Below, piece after piece: positions 17,139 through 29,928 of a stretch of 32,407 nucleotides of DNA. Within the stretch, counting starts at the first letter, position 1. Each line of letters begins with the position of its first letter. A program made the position numbers and the translations under genes. The DNA comes from Eledone cirrhosa (Eukaryota): the NCBI GenBank assembly GCA_964016885.1, contig CAXHJY010000813.1, positions 1 to 32,407 on the forward strand, read 5' to 3'. The notes under the pieces are model-generated. The model had not been told where the DNA came from. It made no database searches and worked only from the letters and a program-made list of their open reading frames with translations.

Positions 17139-17327
17139 CATGCAGAGTTGACATTGCACTCAGTGCTCCTGTGGGAGCCCCTACATGGACACACGAGAAG
17201 ACGAAGACCAAGGTTAACGTATGTTGATGCCCTAAGGACAGACACTGGTCTGTTGGAGACTCAGGACATGGCAGCGATAATGAGGGACAGAGACCGCTGG
17301 AGAGAACTCGTCCATGGATCTCGGCAA
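17139..17327 (+). mobile_element. RTE-clade LINE ORF C-terminal remnant
   Basis: Translation HAELTLHSVLLWEPLHGHTRRRRPRLTYVDALRTDTGLLETQDMAAIMRDRDRWRELV fits the LLW-P..G.R..GRP..TY.D.L..D....M.DR..WR C-terminus of RTE reverse transcriptase ORFs. Confidence 0.8.
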
Positions 17328-17460
17328 TTTTACGCCTTATATGTAGATACATGCATATATAGTCTATATTAATAATAAATTTAGAGGCAATATATAAATA
17401 TATTTAATTAATAATATTGATGGCTATATAACAATGTATATAATAGCATGTGTATAATGT

Positions 17461-17500
<40 letters not shown>

Positions 17501-17573
17501 CATATATATTATCATTAATACTGATAATATCTTATATATACATGCATATATATATATATATACATGCATATAG

Positions 17574-17622
<49 letters not shown>

Positions 17623-17699
17623 GCATATAGTATGTATATATATATATATATATAATATCAGTATTAGTGATAATAATTTAGGTATTGTCTAGAAAGGTT

Positions 17700-18188
17700 T
17701 TCCAGTAAGCACATTAAAGACAGCACAAGATGGTAGTGAGGGTTTTTCTGGAGATATATACCAGGGAGAGATAACACAAAATGGAAGAAAAATAGTTACA
17801 ATAACATTGAAATAAAGAAAATATTCCCAAATTTAGTGGAGACAATCTAGGGCTATTCTTGATAAAACCAACAAAATTTCCGGATCAACCTGACCACTAA
17901 GGAGGCACCTTCTCCCTGTTTTTCTCCAATTTACAAGTGCATGCTCAGAGCAGGTCCGTTCACGCGAACCAAGGCTGCCAATCTTATCCACCATTTAATA
18001 AATATGTTGGACGGCAGCTCTTCCCTCACCAGTGCTAATTTCCTTTTCAAAAAGAAACTGATGCAGGCTTGGCCAAATGAGAACCCTTAAGTCTTTCAAT
18101 CACCTCCTCTTCACGATTTCTTGGGCAATGCCGACCTGATATATAAAACTCGCTGACCTTTCTGGCTAAATGAAATTGGTGGGCGATC

Positions 18189-18190
<2 letters not shown>
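17700..18190 (-). mobile_element. Degenerate L1/Tx1-like LINE ORF2 C-terminus and probable 3' UTR
   Basis: Minus-strand pieces SFSQKGQRV / QVGIAQEIVKRR*LKDL / FLKRKLALVREELPSNIFIKWWIRLAALVRVNGPALSMHL* (stop 17931-17933) resemble an L1/Tx1 C-terminus from recall. Frameshifts and a stop are present. Confidence 0.55.
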
Positions 18191-18251
<61 letters not shown>

Positions 18252-18280
18252 GTGTGTGTGGAGATCGCCCCACCAATTTC

Positions 18281-18372
<92 letters not shown>

Positions 18373-18373
18373 T

Positions 18374-18613
18374 TGTATATCAAAATGAAGTATATATAAA
18401 GTATATATATATATATATATGAAGTATGTATATATATATGTATATCAAAATGAAGTATATATAAAGTATATATATATATTTGTATATCAAAATGAAGTAT
18501 ATATAAAGTATATATATATATATGAAGTATGTATATATATATGTATATCAAAATGAAGTATATATAAAGTATATATATATGTATATATATATATATGTAT
18601 ATCAAAATGAAGT
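18374..18613. repeat. Minisatellite TGTATATCAAAATGAAGTATATATAAAG(TA)n
   Basis: Five TGTATATCAAAATGAAGTA cores separated by variable TA runs. Confidence 0.9.
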
Positions 18614-18735
18614 AAGGGAGTCAGAAACTCGCGTTAGTCCCTGTAATTCACGAGCTCAAAGGGAAAAGAATCCTTGGCTCATCAAATATAATATAGAGTT
18701 GTTTTATATTATATATATATATGTGTATATATATA

Positions 18736-18863
18736 TGTACCATAACTCACCAGAGTATTCGATACTTGGAGCAGTAGACTGGGTAAGATGAACAATCCAG
18801 AACCCAGAGCTCCTGCCGCTAGCTGTTGAAACGGCAGGAGCTCAGCCGTAGGCGCCACCAATT

Positions 18864-18868
<5 letters not shown>
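18736..18868. mobile_element. Diverged family B copy with terminal hairpin
   Basis: ACCATAACTCACCAGAGTATTCGATACTTGGAGCAGTAGACTGGGTAA aligns to ACCATAACGCACCAAAGTACTCAATACTTAGGGTAGTAGAGTGGGTAA. Hairpin at 18807-18843. Confidence 0.7.
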
Positions 18869-18929
<61 letters not shown>

Positions 18930-18980
18930 GTATAAATATTAATAAAATAGATGTTCTTTTGATCAATTATGTCATGTATC

Positions 18981-19043
18981 ATTATATTTTGTCTGATGAG
19001 GACGTACTGTTGTACATCCGAAATATGTATAATAAAATGTAAT
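18981..19043 (+). ncRNA. Minimal type I hammerhead ribozyme (Penelope-like architecture)
   Basis: ATTATATTTTGT-CTGATGA(18993-18999)-GGACGTAC-TGTT-GTACATCC-GAAA-T-ATGT-A-TA-ATAAAATGTAAT. Stem I 12 bp with G.U pairs, stem II 7/8 bp, 1 bp stem III with a tetraloop, AUA triplet (cut after 19031). Confidence 0.8.
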
Positions 19044-19170
19044 TGATAAAAAAAACATCTATTTTATTAATATTTGTATTTTAATATTAATAACTCCGGA
19101 AAATTATTTTTCCGTAGAGTTGGTTTCAATCGACTGTAAAACTCATTCTTTGACATAATCATTGAATATC

Positions 19171-19232
<62 letters not shown>

Positions 19233-19280
19233 CGAAGGAAATCATTGAATATCGTTTAACACTTTAATATATATATATAT

Positions 19281-19371
19281 AACGAAGGAAATGTGGTAAG
19301 GAAACAGGTGGACCATAACGCACCAAAGTACTCAATACTTAGGGTAGTAGAGTGGGTAATAGGAACTCGTT

Positions 19372-19376
<5 letters not shown>
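19281..19376. mobile_element. Family B copy
   Basis: Near-identical to 7240-7323. Ends in the mini-hairpin ATAGGAAC-TC-GTTCCTAT. Confidence 0.8.
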
Positions 19377-19431
<55 letters not shown>

Positions 19432-19604
19432 TATCATTCTATAACCCACTTACTTTGTACGGTTTCCTAAACACATCGATATGTCATCGTTATACGCCTC
19501 AATGCTTCAAGCAAACTACTACACCTTATATATAATAAGTGAAGGTAGCATCATATATGTAATATGTAATGGATGTACTCTTTCCTAAGTATTATAGCTA
19601 TTAT

Positions 19605-19643
<39 letters not shown>

Positions 19644-19690
19644 AAGGAAAAGCGAAGTAGTTTCAGATGTTCAAGTCCTTTAATAATAAT

Positions 19691-19764
19691 GCTGTGATAT
19701 ATATTTCAATGGCGAAAGTGGCCACACTGTTCTGTGCGCCAGTCTCGCGACATCGTCAGACAGC
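19691..19764 (-). ncRNA. Type I hammerhead ribozyme variant with extended stem II
   Basis: Minus strand: GCTGT-CTGACGA-TGTCGCGAGAC-TGGCGCAC-AGAACA-GTGTGGCCA-CTTTCGCCATT-GAAA-T-ATAT-A-TC-ACAGC. Perfect 5 bp stem I, palindromic ATAT loop III, AUC triplet. The base of stem II is imperfect. Confidence 0.7.
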
Positions 19765-19827
19765 TTGTTACATAATAAGGGTATGGAGGCAATCCAAATT
19801 GAATCGACATGGGAACGTATATGTATG

Positions 19828-19880
<53 letters not shown>

Positions 19881-19883
<3 letters not shown>

Positions 19884-20120
19884 TAAAAAGGAAAAGAAAA
19901 TGCTGACAAAATAGTTTAATTAGGAATAACTATAAATCAGTAATTTTTGAATTGCGCAACCGGTAAAAAAACTTAAAACTAACACTGAGTACTAACCATT
20001 ACTTATTACTTGTACCTAAAGTAGAAATAATTACTTATTACTGATTTATACTTATTCCTAATTAAACTATTTTTCACTGGAAAAAAATCTGTCAGCATTT
20101 TCTTTTCCTTTTTACTAATA
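19881..20120. mobile_element. Fold-back element with ~64 bp inverted arms next to (TA)n
   Basis: 19881-19944 is the reverse complement of 20037-20118, apart from a ~17 nt insert in the right arm. Confidence 0.8.
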
Positions 20121-20245
20121 TATCACAACTCGTGTGTCACACCTCTATTTTTTTAAATATATATATATATATATATATATACAAAATACTCTGTGTCTCT
20201 CTAAAGATATATGGCACTTTCTATCTCTCTCTCTCTCTCTCTCTC

Positions 20246-20300
<55 letters not shown>

Positions 20301-20306
<6 letters not shown>

Positions 20307-20413
20307 CCAGTGTAGTAATTAACCATTACTACATCTAGGATAATCCTATACCTAATATATATATATATCCAGTGTAGTAATTAACCATTACTACATCTAG
20401 GATAATCCTATAC

Positions 20414-20423
<10 letters not shown>
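20301..20423. repeat. Tandem duplication of a ~62 bp unit
   Basis: ATATATCCAGTGTAGTAATTAACCATTACTACATCTAGGATAATCCTATACCTAATATAT occurs twice. Confidence 0.9.
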
Positions 20424-20455
<32 letters not shown>

Positions 20456-20480
20456 CATATATATATATACACATATAGAC

Positions 20481-20569
20481 AGTAATAATAAAGGTGAAGA
20501 CTAAAATCAGAAGAGAACTTCATAATGATTATTTATATATAAAATATATATATATAGGTATGTATGCAT

Positions 20570-20618
<49 letters not shown>

Positions 20619-20730
20619 CAGATTAATGTTAAGCAAAGAATCGTTGCTTTCACTCTTTTATGAGTTTCAGAAGATCGTGTAAAAGGGTGTAAGCAGCGAT
20701 TCTTTGCTTAACCTTTATCTGTACATATAA
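20481..20730. mobile_element. Diverged family A copy with ~50 bp-arm hairpin (20610-20730)
   Basis: AGTAATAATAAAGGTGAAGACTAAAATC start. TGTACAGATTAATGTTAAGCAAAGAATCG is inverted against CGATTCTTTGCTTAACCTTTATCTGTACA. Confidence 0.75.
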
Positions 20731-20834
20731 TATATATATATATATATATATGTATACATATATTCCTTGTAATTATATATATATAATATACATACATATA
20801 TTTATACATATATATACATAATGTATATATATGA

Positions 20835-20955
20835 AGGACGGTGAAAGGCAAATTTGATCCTGTTGGGATTTGAACTCAGACGAGCCGGCACAAATACTGC
20901 TAATATTAGCACAACAAATACTGTCGGACGCTCTACCGACTCTGCCAATCCAACT
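20835..20955 (-). mobile_element. Family S2 SINE 5' half
   Basis: Minus-strand TGGCAGAGTCGG A-box and GAGTTCAAATCCC B-box. Confidence 0.75.
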
Positions 20956-21233
20956 CTGTCTATAGAAATATATCTTATAATAAATGTATTTATAATCACG
21001 ATAGTAACTTGAGAATATGTCAATATTTAGTAACATTGATATAACGATATCTATGATATTAACTATATTATATATAATAATTGTAAGATAGGTCCATGGC
21101 CAGTAATTCTAGATGAGAGGAATGTGGTTAAATTGAACCCAGTATATTACTGGTATGAGTATTATATTTTATCAGACCGGTATGAAGAAAGGCAAAATTG
21201 ACCACGGATAATATATATAAATATATATATGTA

Positions 21234-21282
<49 letters not shown>

Positions 21283-21285
21283 GTA

Positions 21286-21322
<37 letters not shown>

Positions 21323-21520
21323 GTATGTATATATATATATACATATATATATGTATGTATATATATATATATATACATATATATACACATATATATACAT
21401 ATACATACATATATATACATATATACACATATATATACATATATACACATATATATACATATACATACATATATATATACATACATATATATAAATATAT
21501 ATGTATGTATATATACATAC

Positions 21521-21551
<31 letters not shown>

Positions 21552-21709
21552 CCTATATACATATTTATATATAAATATATATATCTATATATATAAATAT
21601 ATATATATATATATACATACATTATTTATATATGTATAAATTATATATATATTAAGTATATTATATATATGAATGTATATATTATATATTATATAATATA
21701 TAATATATC

Positions 21710-21762
<53 letters not shown>

Positions 21763-21857
21763 CATTATATGCTTATATATATATACATATCTATATATTA
21801 TATTGTATATATATATATGTATATATATTCTATAATATATATATATATCATGTATAT

Positions 21858-21890
<33 letters not shown>

Positions 21891-21930
21891 ATAAAATTAT
21901 ATATATTTATTATATAATATATATATATAT

Positions 21931-21977
<47 letters not shown>

Positions 21978-22011
21978 TATATATGATAGTAGTATATATT
22001 AATATTAATAT

Positions 22012-22066
22012 AATTGTTTCTATGTTAGGCACAAGGCCAGCAATTACCCAGTGTATTACTGGTATT
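22012..22066 (-). mobile_element. Family S2 SINE 3' tail fragment
   Basis: GGCACAAGGCCAGCAATTACCCAGTGTATTACTGGTA. Confidence 0.75.
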
Positions 22067-22403
22067 TAGTGTGTTATATTATATTAATATTAATATAATA
22101 CAACACGATAAGAATATAAAGTGATATCAACTACATCTTCCTGGACGACTGCGTAAATAGAAGCCAGGTCCAGGTACCACATGTTCCCTCCTCTCGAAGA
22201 ATATAAACTAAAACTGACCCTAATTATAATAACGTACCACAACAACGTATCATAGACAAGGTGTTGGGGGATATTAAGTAATAAACCCCTCAGTGTATGA
22301 CTGGTATCAATTTTGCATAAAAGGGTAAATATTGCAGTTAGACATCCCCCGTTTCTGATGACAACTGTTCCAATTGATTTGATCAACGGAGCTGCCTGCT
22401 CGT

Positions 22404-22678
22404 GAAATTAACATGCAAGTGACTGAGCATACCACAAAAGGGCAGAGCTCTTGACGTAGTTCTCACGGAGATTCAGTGTGACACAGTATTTCGGTTGATT
22501 GGAATTAATATACAAGTGACCGCGCATTCCGCAGATATATACATCTTTAACGTAGTTCTCAGGAAGATCCAGAAATGACACAGTATTCGAGTTGAAATTA
22601 ATGTGCAAACGGTCGAACATTTCACAGACATCTGTACTTTTAACGCAGTTCTCAGGGAGATTCAGCGTGACACATTGG
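22404..22678. repeat. Three tandem ~93-97 bp units of an interspersed-repeat segment
   Basis: GAAATTAA.GTGCAAGTGAC...TAACGTAGTTCTCAGGGAGATTCAGCGTGACACA occurs three times. A single related copy lies at about 735-780. Confidence 0.8.
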
Positions 22679-22833
22679 GTAACATTGCGGGTAATATATG
22701 GAGAATAGAAATGGCTGTGTAGTTGCTATTTAAGGTAACTTAAAATGCAGTGGGAATACGAAGAAAGCAAGAACGCGGTGGGGAGTTTTTTTCATCAGTT
22801 ATCTACTGGGGGTCACGGATATTTCTACGCTTA

Positions 22834-22901
<68 letters not shown>

Positions 22902-22902
22902 A

Positions 22903-22936
<34 letters not shown>

Positions 22937-22969
22937 TAGAACACTCTCCAGCGCTCTCTCCAGCGCTAT

Positions 22970-23420
22970 TGGAAACATGTAACCCTGTAAAACCTGTCAC
23001 ATGGTCGGATCAGCGACGACTGACTCGGCAAACCTAAAACCTGGTTGGGAGAGGGGGGGGCGGATTTTGGACACAGAGAGGGATGGAATACAAATAAAGT
23101 CAAAGGACAGAGGAGATTCACCTGACATCGAAACTTGAAAAAAAAGCCCAATAAAGAAATAAGCAAAAAACGGTAGACATTGCTATGAAGCCATAATTGG
23201 CACTGCTTCTTGGAGAAGAATCACTCTGATTTCAAAACCAAACGAGATAAGAATCATTCATCACTATGGTGAAAACGTTTCATGTGGCCAAAGTTTCCAA
23301 GTTTGTGATAAAGGGAGAAGAACTGTGACTCGATTGGCAGATTCTGCTCCAAGGTCGGACGGAATAGAAATCGGTACCCACAGAGTATGTAAATCATGGA
23401 CTAACAAGATCATAAAATAT
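22970..23420 (+). mobile_element. Diverged relative of the 14265-14822 repeat (probable RTE-type 5' region)
   Basis: Collinear motifs CATGGTCGG, TTTGGACA, GTCAAAGGACAGAGGAG and TTCTTGGAGAAGAATCACTCTGATTTCAAAACC. Confidence 0.55.
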
Positions 23421-23439
23421 AAACATATACTATCATATA

Positions 23440-23501
<62 letters not shown>

Positions 23502-23550
23502 ACTATATATATATTTATATAAGTATATATATTTATAATTATATATATAC

Positions 23551-23601
<51 letters not shown>

Positions 23602-23655
23602 ATATATATAAATAAGTATAGGCATATAGATATATTTATATATATAATTATGTAC

Positions 23656-23976
<321 letters not shown>

Positions 23977-24311
23977 TATATATATATATATATATATATG
24001 CATATTATTTCAAAATGTTACCAAATGAAAAATATTCGCATAAATCAAAATATATACTTTATTATATATATTTCAAAGGTACTGTGCTGTTTTTTTCAGT
24101 ATGTATATATGTACATATATATGTACATATATATATATATACATATATATATGTTCATATATATGTACATATATATGTACATATATATATATAAAGATGT
24201 GTGTGATTATGTAGAAAGTCCCAGTCAGTAAAATTTTGTAAGAATCTATCAAATACTCGGTAAATAGCAAAATGATAAACATTTAATTCAAATTCTTCAC
24301 TATATATATAC

Positions 24312-24349
<38 letters not shown>

Positions 24350-24403
24350 TCCATATATACATATATTCATACATACAGATGTTGTATATATATATATATA
24401 TAC

Positions 24404-24464
<61 letters not shown>

Positions 24465-24620
24465 GTATATGCATGCATATATATATATATGTATATATAT
24501 ATATATGTGTGTATATATACATACATATATATGTATATATATACATACATACATATGTATATATATATAGATGTAGATATATATATATATATATATATAT
24601 ATAGATATATATATATATAT

Positions 24621-24652
<32 letters not shown>

Positions 24653-24657
<5 letters not shown>

Positions 24658-24845
24658 AAAATGTATGACCCCGACGGCAGAACTCAAGCCGTTTCGACAG
24701 CTATTTCTGGACTGAAATAGCCGTCGAAACGGTTGAGCTCTGCCGTCGGGGTCGTATATTTTCCTATTTCCCACTCTATTACCCTAAATATTGAGTACTC
24801 TTGTGCGTTATGGTCCATATGGTTCCTTACCACAACTCCTTCGTT
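24653..24845. mobile_element. Family B copy, opposite orientation, with a ~55 bp-arm hairpin
   Basis: 24653-24707 pairs with 24714-24767. 24761-24845 is the reverse complement of the 7240 copy. Confidence 0.85.
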
Positions 24846-25054
24846 ATATATATATATATATATATGAACTATTATTCACAAAATGTTCATATTCATTGGT
24901 AGGTGTATATATACATGTTTTAAGTGTTACGTATTTCCATAGAAAAGGTAAAGGAAATATAATTATTCCATTCCGTCTAATCTCCTGAGACCTTTGGTAA
25001 TGGAATAATTATATTGTGTTGTATATTATGTAATTAAATATATATATGTATTTA

Positions 25055-25085
<31 letters not shown>

Positions 25086-25091
25086 TTGCAC

Positions 25092-25127
<36 letters not shown>

Positions 25128-25434
25128 TATATAAATTTGCACTATATGTATATATATATTTACACATACGTATACATATGCATATACGTATATATATGCA
25201 TATAGACAATGATATGCATGCAAACATTCAAGGTGATTATAGTTCAATAGATATCAATTCAAAATGTGATATAGTAGGAAAAGTCTTTTAATGTTTCGGA
25301 CACACGTCCTTCTTCTAAAGATAGAATGAGAGCTGGAAAAATAAGTCAAATGATTAATGAGGAGGAAAATGGAAGAAAGGGGTTAAACGTGTGAGTTGGT
25401 CAGCCAATTTAATGAATTGCTTGTAAGAAATTTA

Positions 25435-25502
<68 letters not shown>

Positions 25503-25875
25503 TGTATGCTCACTCGCAAGTATATATCTATATTTATATTTATATATATATATATATGTTTCCATATACATCTATGCATATATATATATATATATATTTA
25601 TATTCATGCATATATATGTATACATACACACACATATATATATACATGCAATCATGTGTATGCATACGTATATTTGCAGATATGTATATGCATACATGCA
25701 TATGTATATGTTTATATATATATGTTATATACATACACATATATATATTTATGTATATTCATATATATATATGTAAGTATATACATACACATATATACAT
25801 ATGTATATTCATATATATATATACACACACACATATATATATAATAAAATAAAACAAGGACGAGTTATATATATA

Positions 25876-25952
<77 letters not shown>

Positions 25953-26125
25953 ATGTATATATATGTATGTATGTATGTATACTGTGTGTAGGTATGTTAT
26001 ATAAGGTAATAAAGACGTGTTGCAAACTAAAACAACTCCGGGAACGCAATATTCCTGGAAGAGCGAAAGAATGATACATAAAAAAATAGAGGAATATTTA
26101 TGTAATATTTAAATTAACTTAAATG

Positions 26126-26253
<128 letters not shown>

Positions 26254-26296
26254 GTATATATATATATGTATATATATATATGTATATATATATATG

Positions 26297-26468
<172 letters not shown>

Positions 26469-26469
26469 A

Positions 26470-26640
<171 letters not shown>

Positions 26641-26705
26641 AATGATAGAGAAAGAGAAAGAGATATATACATACATATATTTTATATTCACATATAAGCA
26701 TATGC

Positions 26706-26736
<31 letters not shown>

Positions 26737-26761
26737 TATACACACACAATATATATATGTA

Positions 26762-26793
<32 letters not shown>

Positions 26794-27008
26794 CACAATA
26801 TATATATGTATACATATATACATACATACATACACATATATATATATAATTATACATACATACATACATACATACATACATACACATGTTAATATGCATG
26901 TATATAAACAATAAAAAATAAACATATAAAACATATACACACATATATATAGAGATACACAATATATTAAACAGAAAATGGAAATATATAAATATGAATA
27001 AATCTCAC

Positions 27009-27048
27009 CATTTTTGCAGACCAGTTGGTCTTGCCACATGTCTTGTTG
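27009..27048 (-). CDS. Speculative 40 nt internal exon ([13 protein letters not shown] in phase 0)
   Basis: CTACCTTAG acceptor and GTGAGA donor around a unique island with no stop codon in any frame. Confidence 0.3.
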
Positions 27049-27077
27049 CTAAGGTAGTTTCAATTATATACACACAC

Positions 27078-27150
<73 letters not shown>

Positions 27151-27261
27151 TTCACTCGGTCTTAGCTGTTCTTACTTTTGTAGTTATTATATTTGTTATG
27201 ATGTTGTTGCTGCTGTTGTAGTTGTAGTAGTAATTGTAGTTGTTCCTTTTTTCCTTCTTAC

Positions 27262-27309
27262 TTGTGATAGACTTTGTAGTAGTAGTAGTATTTCTACCGT
27301 TCCAAACAT
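27262..27309 (-). CDS. Speculative first coding exon MFGTVEILLLLQSLSQ
   Basis: GCTGCCATG start context, CAG acceptor upstream (27318-27320), GTAAGA donor at 27261. Confidence 0.25.
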
Positions 27310-27549
27310 GGCAGCCACTGTCATAATAATGATATAAACACAAATATTGATACTACTACCACCACCACCACCACCACTACTACTACTACTATCAGTGCTA
27401 ATGTACCTTACATTAACACTACCACTAATGCTGCTGTTGTTGTTGTTGTTGTCATTATTGTTGTTGTTATTCATTTGTATGTAAACTTTCTGGAAACATA
27501 ACTTGTTTGTTGTTTTGATGTATTTTTGAATTTTTTTTCCAGAATTTTT

Positions 27550-28438
27550 AGTGGTGTTGTTAGTGGTGGTGGTGTTGTGGTGGCTTTGTGGTGGTGTTGT
27601 GGTGGTGTTGTGGTGGTGTTGTGCTGGTGTTGTGGTGGTGATGTGGTGGTGTTGTGGTGGTGTTGTGGTGGTGTTGTTAGGGGTGTTGTTAGTGGTGTTG
27701 TGGTGGTGTTGTTAGTAGTGTTGTGGTGGTGTTGTTAGTGGTGTTGTGGTGGTGTTGTTAGTGGTGTTGTGGTGGTGTTAGGTGTGTTGTTTGTGGTGGT
27801 GTGGTGGTGTTGTGGTGTTTTTAGTTGTGTTGTTAGTGGTGGTGGTGTTGTGGTGGTGTTGTGGTGTTTCTAGTTGTGTTGTTAGTGGTGGTGGTGTTGT
27901 GGTGGTGTTGTGGTGGTGTTGTGGTGGTGTTGCTAGTGGTGTTGTCTGTGGTGGTGTTGTGGTGTTGTTGGTTGTGTTGTCTGTGGTGGTGTTGGTAGTT
28001 GTGTGGTGGTGGTGTTAGTGGTGGTGGTGTTGATAATGTTGTTAGTTGCAGTTGTGGTGGTGGTGGTGTTGTTAGTTGTGGTGGTGTTGTTGTTAGTGGT
28101 GGTGGTGTTGTTAGTGGTGGCTGTGTTGTTGTTTGTGGTGATAGTGTTGTTAGTTGTGTTGTAGTGGTGATGTAGCTGGTTGTGATGTTGTTGTTAGTGG
28201 TGTTGGTGTTGTTAGTTGTGTTGTGGTGGTATTGGTGTTGTTAGTGATGGTGGTGTTGTTTGTGGTGTTTTTGTTAGTGGTGCTCTTGTTGTTAGTAGGA
28301 GTGGTATTGTTAGTTGCGGTAGAGGTTCTGGTGGTGGTGTTTAGTGGTGGTTGTATTGTTTAGTGGTGGTGTTGTTGTTAGTGGTGGTAGTGATGCTAGT
28401 TGTGGTGATGATGGTAGTGATGTTGGTGTTAGTGGTGT
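27550..28438. repeat. G/T-rich low-complexity tract, (GGT)n/(GTT)n/GTGGTGTTGT
   Basis: Visible directly; strongly strand-asymmetric. Confidence 0.9.
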
Positions 28439-28684
28439 AAAACAATTAATACATGAATTTCAGAAATTATTTCTAAGTAATTGTTGGAGTTTGTGTGTCT
28501 ATATGGATAATCTTCTATATTTATTTTTATTGATTTAATATTCTTTAAATATTTACCTAATTAATTTGTAGAAAATTAATAAATAATTTCTGTAAAAACA
28601 ATATCGTTAACAACCGTAAAATAATGATGTAATATTGTTGGTGCTGATCATGATGTATCGACTCTTTTACAAATTATATTATTA

Positions 28685-29112
28685 GGTTAACTTTGCCTTT
28701 CATCCTTATGGGGTCGATAAAATAAAGTACCAGTAATACACTGGGTAATTGCTGGCCTTGTGCCAAAAGTAGTAACAATTATTATTATTATTTTGAACTC
28801 AGATCCTTTCCATTCTGAGTTCAAATCACACCAAGGTTAACTTTGGCTTTCATCTTTATAGGGTCGATAAAATAAAGTACCAGTAATGCACTGAGATAAT
28901 TGCTGGCCTTGTGCTGAAAACGTAGAACAATTATTATTATTATTACTATTATTATATATGTAATCCCCCACTGTCCCTCTCTATTCTATTGTCCCCTATA
29001 TGTCGGCCCTTGTGGCCAATAAAGAAATTATTATTATTATTATTATTATAAAATAAAGTACCAGTAATATACTGGTTAATTGCTGGCCTTGTGCCTAAAG
29101 TAGAAACAATTA
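28685..29112 (+). mobile_element. Head-to-tail cluster of truncated family S2 SINE pieces separated by (ATT)n tails
   Basis: Copies at about 28685-28780, 28815-28932, 29005-29030 (variant tail) and 29048-29112. Confidence 0.85.
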
Positions 29113-29369
29113 TTATTATTATGTGAGCCTTTGAGGTTAAAAAATAATGAATTATTACTATTATAGTTATAATTCTTATTGGTGTTGTTGTTACTGTTGT
29201 CTTCTTTGATGTTCCCGGTATAAAATTCTTTTTTTTTTTTTTTTTTTTGCGGTTATTTTACACAAATATAATTATTTGTGTAAAATCTTTGTATTTAATG
29301 TTTTTAAATTCCCAGTTGTTGCTATTTTCTACATCATTTTCTTCCCGTTTTCACCGCCAAATCAAAATA

Positions 29370-29830
29370 TATATTTATATTCGAACATATACATATATTT
29401 ATTCATACGTACATGTATATAATATAAATTCATATACGAACATATATATATACATATATTTATTCATACGTACATGTATATAAATTTATAGACGAACATA
29501 TACATATATTTATTCATACGTATATGTATACATACGTATATACGAACATATACATATATTTATTCATAAGTACATGTATATATACTCATATACGTATATG
29601 TACATATATTTATTCATATATACACATATATATATATTTATTCATACGTACATGTATATATACTTATATACGAGCATATACATATATTTATTCATACGTA
29701 CACACTCCTATACGTACATATAAACATATTTATTCATACATACATGTATATATACATTTATATACGTACATATAAATATATATTTATTCATACGTACATG
29801 TATATATATTTATATACGTACATGTACACA
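29370..29830. repeat. ~50 bp AT-rich minisatellite
   Basis: TATTTATTCATACGTACATGTATATA...CGAACATATACATA recurs. Confidence 0.8.
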
Positions 29831-29888
29831 TATTTATGTATACATAGATGTGTGCATATCTATGAATACTTACATGTATATATATATG

Positions 29889-29928
<40 letters not shown>

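Noticed and set aside
22355-22410. CTGATGA...GAAA as a hammerhead
   Set aside because: No convincing stem I, stem II or stem III/NUH arrangement.
22770-22800. Minus-strand CTGATGA
   Set aside because: Not followed by a stem II and GAAA.
25990-26080. Minus-strand exon after the acceptor-like TCTTTCGCTCTTCCAG
   Set aside because: No good donor; the frame runs into microsatellite and the island looks repeat-derived.
27550-28438. Mucin-like Thr/Pro coding tract or telomeric repeat
   Set aside because: No long consistent frame and no regular TTAGGG array; low-complexity DNA.
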